From an uncultured Nitrososphaerota archaeon (GTDB lineage Archaea; Thermoproteota; Nitrososphaeria; Nitrososphaerales; Gagatemarchaeaceae), in the NCBI GenBank assembly GCA_963703285.1, contig OY969807.1:1824001-1888000 (forward strand): a DNA stretch of 64,000 nt, given 5' to 3'. The translations under genes were made by a program, and so were the position numbers. This document shows, in pieces, positions 58,361-64,000 of this stretch; position 1 is the stretch's first letter; each line of letters starts with the position of its first letter. Under the pieces are notes generated by a model, which was given only the letters and a program-made list of their open reading frames with translations, was not told the origin of the DNA and did no database searches.

Positions 58361-60112
58361 CTAGTTTCTAGGTAGCCTACTGTGGCATGTCGCGCACAAT
58401 GTCTGAAGATTTTCGACCCGGTGCACGACCTGCGGGTTGAAGACCATTCCTTTGGGGACAGGTTCCCTATGGTGCGCCTGAAGTCTTTCCCGACTGCCGC
58501 ACAGAGTACACCTCCATCCATCCCTCTCAAACGCCAGAAAGCGGTTGGAGAGATAGGTTTCATCGTACTCGGGCGCAATCGGGTGGATGTTGGGCACATC
58601 AACGATTGGGTCGTCGTTTTCCTCTGATACGCTGGTTGCGGTGTGGTTCTGGCGGATGTATGGATTGCTGATTGACCTGTATTTCCAAACAAGTCTGTGA
58701 TTCAGTGAGGTGTGCATGCTCTTGTTCGAGTTCATCCTAAAGAGTTCGGTCTTGACCGGCCCTCTTTGGATGACTACACTACCGTTTCTGAGCACGACGG
58801 AGAGGCATTTCTGGACGCTTATCTGGTATTTCCTACAATACCATTGATAGAACAGGCGCTGTGCCAGAAAGTCTCCCGTAGCGAATTGCTGATGTGAGTT
58901 GACGGTTCTGTAGTAGTTTGCCCATCCTCTCAAGACTCTGTTCATGGCTGCAATCTTCATCTGAGGGTCGTCGCTCTTCGCGCTCGGCCCTAGCATGGCT
59001 TGCAGTTTGTACTTGAGTCGGAGTAGGTTCTTTTGTGTTGGTCGTATCCTGACGCACATGCCGTGGTCTAGCCTTACTCGCTGGATGCGAAATCCGAGGA
59101 AATCGAATCCAGCTTCCAGATGCACGACACGCGTCTTTTCTGCGGACAGGCTCAGCCTCAGCTTCTCCGTGAAGAAGCTGCGTATGTTGTCCATGATTGC
59201 GGTGGCCTGCTCCTGAGTGCCTTTCACGCTCAGGATGAAGTCGTCCGCATACCTGAACAGCACGCAGCTTGCCTGCCCTTTCTCACGTCGCAGTCTTCTC
59301 TGCTTGTAGGTGAGTTTGCCCCAGCTCTCGTACCAATGCTGGTCAAACTCGTTGAGGTAGATGTTGGCTAGGAGTGGCGAAAGGACTCCGCCTTGCGGGG
59401 TTCCTTTCTTGGTCTGAGTTCGGATGCCCTTCTCGATGACGGGTGCCTTGAGGAATCGGCGGATCAGCCACAGGACTTTTGGGTCGGCTATCCTTCGTTC
59501 TATAGCTTCCATCAGTATCCAGTGGTCGATGTTGTCGAAGCACCCTTCGATGTCTCCCTCGATGACCCATTCGTACAGACGCTTGCTGTCCCCGTACTGA
59601 TACATGGGCAATACGCACTCCAGCGTGCTTCGCTCAGGTCGGAAGCCGTTGGAATTGGGCAGGAAGTCGGCCTCAAAGATTGGTTCGAGAACCATCTTCA
59701 AGACCATCTGAACTGTCCTATCCTTCAGCGTTGGAATGCCTATTGGTCGTTTCCCTCCGCTGGCCTTCGGAATGTACTTCCTCAGGACAGGCGAGGGGTG
59801 GTAGGTCTTGTGTTTCAGTTCTGTCCGCAGTTCCTCGACAAATCTGGCCCTAGCAGACGGTTCGTGCAGGTCTGCCCCGCACACTCCGTCTACGCCTGAG
59901 GTCTTCGCGCCAGTGTTGTCTAGGACTGCTTCCAGAGCCGATTTGAGCCACTCTCTTCTCCAGAGTAGCGGGTGTAGGTTGTGGAACCGTTTGTTCGGTT
60001 GTCTTGTTGCTGCTATGGCGAGCCCACTCTGGATATGGAGAATGACTCTGCCTTCGTCCTTGCGGACTACTGGATTGGGTGATTGCTCACCCAACTGATT
60101 GTTTGAGTCCAT
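58361..60112 (-). CDS. ltrA: Group II intron reverse transcriptase/maturase with HNH endonuclease
   Basis: RT0 GAKTSGVDG, RPIGIP, GFRP, DIEGCFDNI, GTPQGGVLSPLLANIYL, RYADD, FLGF, LRGWANYY, C-terminal CxxC..HH..N..LCxxCH. AGGAGGTGA ribosome-binding site before ATG 60112. Confidence 0.97.
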   Translation of the reverse strand: MDSNNQLGEQSPNPVVRKDEGRVILHIQSGLAIAATRQPNKRFHNLHPLLWRREWLKSALEAVLDNTGAKTSGVDGVCGADLHEPSARARFVEELRTELKHKTYHPSPVLRKYIPKASGGKRPIGIPTLKDRTVQMVLKMVLEPIFEADFLPNSNGFRPERSTLECVLPMYQYGDSKRLYEWVIEGDIEGCFDNIDHWILMEAIERRIADPKVLWLIRRFLKAPVIEKGIRTQTKKGTPQGGVLSPLLANIYLNEFDQHWYESWGKLTYKQRRLRREKGQASCVLFRYADDFILSVKGTQEQATAIMDNIRSFFTEKLRLSLSAEKTRVVHLEAGFDFLGFRIQRVRLDHGMCVRIRPTQKNLLRLKYKLQAMLGPSAKSDDPQMKIAAMNRVLRGWANYYRTVNSHQQFATGDFLAQRLFYQWYCRKYQISVQKCLSVVLRNGSVVIQRGPVKTELFRMNSNKSMHTSLNHRLVWKYRSISNPYIRQNHTATSVSEENDDPIVDVPNIHPIAPEYDETYLSNRFLAFERDGWRCTLCGSRERLQAHHREPVPKGMVFNPQVVHRVENLQTLCATCHSRLPRN

Positions 60113-60757
60113 TCTCTCACCTCCTGTTGTGTTTCGTGGACTGAATCCATCCTTCTGCACAGTTCAGACTTCGGATTTCAGGCTAGAGTCCTTCCCCACA
60201 GGTCGGTAATTGGCCGACGTTCAGGGTACTATGACTCCTCGGAGCCAACCCGGTCAAGTCGGACGCAGCCGTCCTATCCTCTCGCCCTTTATCGACGGGA
60301 GTCAGACCGGGTTGGGTCTCACGTTCTGTAAGGAGCACTTCTGCGGACGGATTTAGGCACCCACCAGTTACCGAGAGAGCTCCAGCTCGCTGGCCGGTTC
60401 TCGCCTGCCTGAAGGAGGGGATTTGCCACACTTCGTCCTTGAGTAAAGTGTGGTAGCTCTCTATACCATGCGCGCTTCGTCCTATCCTAGCGTCTTCGCA
60501 TGGCGCATGCGCTACCTGTTGTGGATTCCTTAACGTTGCCGTGTCCGTCCTAAGGTCGCCGTCTCGGGAACCTAGGCTGTTCCCTTATCGGCTGTCTATG
60601 TCTGGGGCTAGCCCCATGCTGGACTCTGCTCAGAGCCCAACAAGCCAGACGACTTTCACCTTCGGGAGTCCTGACCTTGCGGTCGAGGACGCCCAGCCTT
60701 ACCTACTGTAGTGTGGGATGGAGATGACTGAGCATGCTGGTGATGAGGTGTTCCAGC

Positions 60758-61324
60758 TTATGGTACTGCGCTCGCGCAGTACGAGGTAGACCCATACGGA
60801 ACGGATGTTTCATTGGAGCCAGTGACGGTTACGATGAGGGTATTGTTGGAGCTGTCGAGTTTCTGTGCTGTGGCGCAAAGAGTCAGGCCGCCGGTAACTA
60901 CTGATGTCATGGTAACGTTCTTGGCGAAGAAACCGCTACCAGTGTAGCTCCCACTGACATTCGTAGGATTGGTCTGGCCGAGGTTGTTGTATCCCAGATA
61001 CGTCAACTTCCACGGACCAGTATAGTTTACGGAAACGATGAAAGTGTAGTTGTAGGTCGCAAGACAATCACCGCCCGACTGATACCCCGAGCACGAGCTA
61101 GAGATCGTCGTCGAGGTCGTTTGCGACTGGGTGGTAAGAGTTTGACTGGTATTGACCGGCAGAGTAGTGGTCGATGATAAGTTGGAAGAAGTCGATGGAC
61201 TGGAAGAATGGGAAGTATTCGACTGTGACGTGAGTACAATGACTCCTGTCGCTCCGACCAGGATGACCACGACTGAAACAATGGCAATGATTGCTGTTCC
61301 AATTCCTCTTCTGGAAGTCTTCAT
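60758..61324 (-). CDS. Intron cargo: membrane-anchored Ser/Thr-rich surface protein with a class III (pilin-like) signal
   Basis: 188 aa: MKTSRRG/IGTAII.. hydrophobic helix, S/T linker, beta-rich domain with 4 Cys and several N-x-S/T sites. Confidence 0.85.
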   Translation of the reverse strand: MKTSRRGIGTAIIAIVSVVVILVGATGVIVLTSQSNTSHSSSPSTSSNLSSTTTLPVNTSQTLTTQSQTTSTTISSSCSGYQSGGDCLATYNYTFIVSVNYTGPWKLTYLGYNNLGQTNPTNVSGSYTGSGFFAKNVTMTSVVTGGLTLCATAQKLDSSNNTLIVTVTGSNETSVPYGSTSYCASAVP

Positions 61325-61520
61325 GTCGTGTCTGTGTTTGATGTGGTCGTGCGTCATTAATACCTTTGTCCGAATGGCGCTACTTTGCATGGAATAGTTG
61401 TGGTAGGTAGGGGAATATAGTCCTACGGTTTAGGACGGCTGTTCTGATGTTTGACTACAGTTCTTCGGGCATTGCTCCTTACAGCAGAGAGGTAGCAGGC
61501 TACCTCTTTTCGTGACGCGC

Positions 61521-62005
61521 AGGGGCTCGCTTACAGGTACTTCTCGAGCAAGGATGAGATTGTCGCAACCCTGGTCAGGAGGATGATCCAATCGAGAGGC
61601 AAGCTAACCTCGATGGTCCGGGAGATGCCGGGAACCCCAGGAGCGCGTCTCTTCAAGGTCGTATCGACGATGGTCGACAACAGGCGGGAGCGGCCTGAGT
61701 ACCACCAGATGATGTACCAGGGGATGGCCGACGAGAACTTGTCGCAGGAGCTGCGCGATGCCATAAGCGAGCAGAGGAGAGCCGTCAACGAGATAGTGCG
61801 GGGTCTCATCGTCGAGGGTCAGGCGACGGGTGAGGTCGCGGGGGACGACCCGGATCAGCTGGTCACGGCTGTTATGGCGTGTCTCGACGGCCTCTCGAGG
61901 AGGGTGTTGACGATGCCTCACGGCGAGTCCGGGGAGAAGTTGCCGCCCCCCGGGATAATCCTGAGGATGCTCAGGCCGGACGTGGGGAGGGTGAGCCTGG
62001 GTTGA
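61521..62005 (+). pseudogene. TetR/AcrR regulator, 3' part
   Basis: QGLAYRYFSSKDEI second half of the HTH, GQATGEV. Joined gene is 206 aa. Confidence 0.92.
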
Positions 62006-63051
62006 AGCTGAAGGGCGTCTGTTACGATGTCGGAGCTGTTATGGGCTTCAATTGGCGTCCAGTCTTCGACCCGAAGGTTGTACGCCGGGAGCTGGAGGTC
62101 ATCAAGAACGACCTGCATTGCAACGCGGTGAGCATCAGCGCCCTGGATGTTGGTCGGATTGTGACCGCCGCAACAGCCGCGCTCGAGGAGGGGCTCGAGG
62201 TCTGGCTCTCGCCTCTGCTGTGGGACAAGAGCGAGGATGAGACCGTCGCGTACTTGGCCAAGGCGGCCGGGCGGCTGGAGGCTCTCCGCAAGCGGTGGCC
62301 CGACAAGGTGGTGCTGAGCGTCGCCTCAGAGTCCACGCTGTTCATGCAGGGGATACTCGAGGGGAAGAACATCATCCAGCGGCTCGGAAACCCAAAGTTC
62401 AGAGCGAGAATCATGGCCGGCGAGCACAACGGGCCGCTCAACGCGTTCCTCGGCAAGGCCGTGGCTGCAGTCAGGAAGGAGTTCAAGGGCAAGCTGACCT
62501 ACCACTCCCTCATCTGGGAGAAGGTCGACTGGAGCCTCTTCGACTACGTCGGCGTGGACCACTACCGGGCCAAGGACATCGAAGACAAGTACGTCGAGAT
62601 GCTGAAGCCGCTCTTCGACAGCGGCAAGCCCGTGGTGGTCACGGAGTTCGGGTATGGGACCTACCAGAGCGACGGGAAGCTCGCCCAGGTCCTGCTGGGA
62701 GGAGGGGACGTCGACTTCAAGTCGCAGTTCTTCCACGCCCTACCGGTCGTGGGAAGGTTCGTCCGTCCCAAGGTGCGGGTCATCCACCCGCGCGACGAGG
62801 CCTGGCAGGCGCGCAAGGTCGTCGAGACCCTGGAGATTCTCGACGACGCGGGCGTGGACGGAGCCTTCGTGTCGCAGTTCGTGTCCCAGATCAATCCCTT
62901 CGATGAGGACCCGAGGTACGACCTGGACTTGGCAGGAAGCACCCTCGTCAAGAGCTTCGAAGGGGGAAGGAGGGGCACCACCTATCCAGATATGCCGTGG
63001 GAGCCGAAGGAGTCCTTCAGGGCCGTGGCCGACTATTACGCCACCCACTAG
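62002..63051 (+). CDS. Putative TIM-barrel glycoside-hydrolase-like protein
   Basis: KGVCYDVG, DLHCNAV, VASE, GVDHY, PVVVTEFG, WEPKESF. TTGA overlap with the tetR stop. Confidence 0.75.
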   Translation: MKLKGVCYDVGAVMGFNWRPVFDPKVVRRELEVIKNDLHCNAVSISALDVGRIVTAATAALEEGLEVWLSPLLWDKSEDETVAYLAKAAGRLEALRKRWPDKVVLSVASESTLFMQGILEGKNIIQRLGNPKFRARIMAGEHNGPLNAFLGKAVAAVRKEFKGKLTYHSLIWEKVDWSLFDYVGVDHYRAKDIEDKYVEMLKPLFDSGKPVVVTEFGYGTYQSDGKLAQVLLGGGDVDFKSQFFHALPVVGRFVRPKVRVIHPRDEAWQARKVVETLEILDDAGVDGAFVSQFVSQINPFDEDPRYDLDLAGSTLVKSFEGGRRGTTYPDMPWEPKESFRAVADYYATH

Positions 63052-63273
63052 CAATGGCGGCACAGGAAACGAGGCTCTCCATAAGCTGGAACAGGAAGCC
63101 ACTAGGACCGACAGCAATCTGGCAATAGCCCGCATCATTCAACGAGAGAGACGGCATCACCGGGGGTTTCAAGACGACGTTTCCTTGCAGTCCAGTCGTC
63201 CACTCCCCCCGCTTTGCTGGAGTGTGCAGCCTTTAGAGGGTAATCTGGCTAGCGGAACATTGTTCTGTACCCG

Positions 63274-63744
63274 TCAGTCACCGACCGGGGGGACGTATTC
63301 TTCCTCAGCACGGGACTTGTCCTGGAGATGCTCGAGCTCAGAATAGAAGTCCTTGGCGATTCGGAATGCCGCGTCGCTCTCGCGCATAAGGACCCGATGG
63401 AAGGTGGAGAACCTCTGATTGGGGGGCGTCACCTTCTCCGCGGGCGATAGCATCGAGAGGAACATGTCCCTCCTCTGCCTGTACAGGGCGATCTTCGCCG
63501 CGCACTCGTAATCGATTCGAGCCAGGATCTTGTCTCCAGAGGCTCTCGCCTCGTCGGCGGTCCTCTTGAGGTCCTCGGGCTCCCCCAGCTGCGCGACCTG
63601 CTCCCGGGGGTTGAGGAGGAGAAAGTACTCCATCGCGTCATGGAGGGCCATGCCGTTGGCAACCAACGCCTCCAGGGACGGGATTGGTTGTTGGTCCTGT
63701 GGGTCACCGGCCGCAATCTCACTCTCCCTCAGCTCTTCCGGCAT
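63274..63744 (-). CDS. Hypothetical protein
   Basis: Acidic helical ORF with genome-like codon usage. Confidence 0.55.
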   Translation of the reverse strand: MPEELRESEIAAGDPQDQQPIPSLEALVANGMALHDAMEYFLLLNPREQVAQLGEPEDLKRTADEARASGDKILARIDYECAAKIALYRQRRDMFLSMLSPAEKVTPPNQRFSTFHRVLMRESDAAFRIAKDFYSELEHLQDKSRAEEEYVPPVGD

Positions 63745-64000
63745 TCTTTCTCCGGAGGAAGGCAACATGCTGTCGAGAGCCGGCCCCTGCCCTTATCACC
63801 TACTGAACAATTCAACGAAGAAATGTGCCACAGCCGGTTCCGAACTGGGACGTCGCATGTGCATACGGTATTTGTCGAATGGCGAGGCAGATTCCGACCT
63901 TCGCCCGCTCGAATTTTCGATCCGAACGCCGCAGGAGCTAGAGAGAAGAGACCCGTCAAATCATTAATCACACATAACAGTCGACAGAAGTTGTCCTGAC

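Larger units (their letters stand above)
58207..61520 (-). mobile_element. Complete group II intron (3314 nt) carrying an IEP and an extra cargo gene, inserted antisense in tetR
   Basis: Excision restores the TetR frame (GVS-QGLAYRYF). Visible DI basal stems, DII/DIII, DIV stems, DV and DVI with a bulged A. Confidence 0.93.

Noticed and set aside
58361-61324. RT plus accessory gene as a retron, DGR or RT-based defence system
   Set aside because: RT0, X and HNH domains, DV/DVI and exact exon rejoining identify a group II intron. No template/variable repeat pair or msr-msd was seen.
1-64000. CRISPR arrays, rRNA genes, IS transposases, and the many long antisense or overlapping ORFs in the track
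   Set aside because: No regularly spaced repeats, rRNA or transposase motifs were seen by eye. The shadow ORFs are Arg/Pro/Gly-rich by-products of high GC3 codon bias.

Overview
GC-rich archaeal chromosome segment (two TFB paralogues, archaeal uS10, Hef helicase, intron-containing tRNA, many TTG/GTG starts). A non-ammonia-oxidising Nitrososphaerota-like lineage is plausible but is inference. Most of the window is housekeeping or metabolic: thrB/thrC, glnA, GGPP synthase, nth, malic enzyme, split-alpha transhydrogenase, peptidases and ABC exporters. Accessory blocks are a lower-GC sulfur-relay/metal region (about 22.9-31.3 kb) and a Met-rich polyferredoxin/cupredoxin membrane cluster (33.8-38.3 kb). 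Three loci stand out. (1) A complete 3314-nt group II intron (58207-61520, minus strand) splits a TetR gene in antisense orientation. Besides its RT/maturase/HNH ORF it carries a second, unrelated gene for a pilin-signal, Ser/Thr-rich surface protein looped out of ribozyme domain I, and it has non-canonical GCGCG...AG termini with an apparent compensatory gamma-gamma' change. (2) A tRNA-Ser(UGA) has three BHB/BHL introns (8/9, 20a/20b, 37/38). (3) A free-standing LAGLIDADG endonuclease has its stop codon inside the 3' end of that tRNA. Two single-base frameshifts in conserved genes suggest residual sequencing errors, so claims resting on single bases need read-level confirmation.
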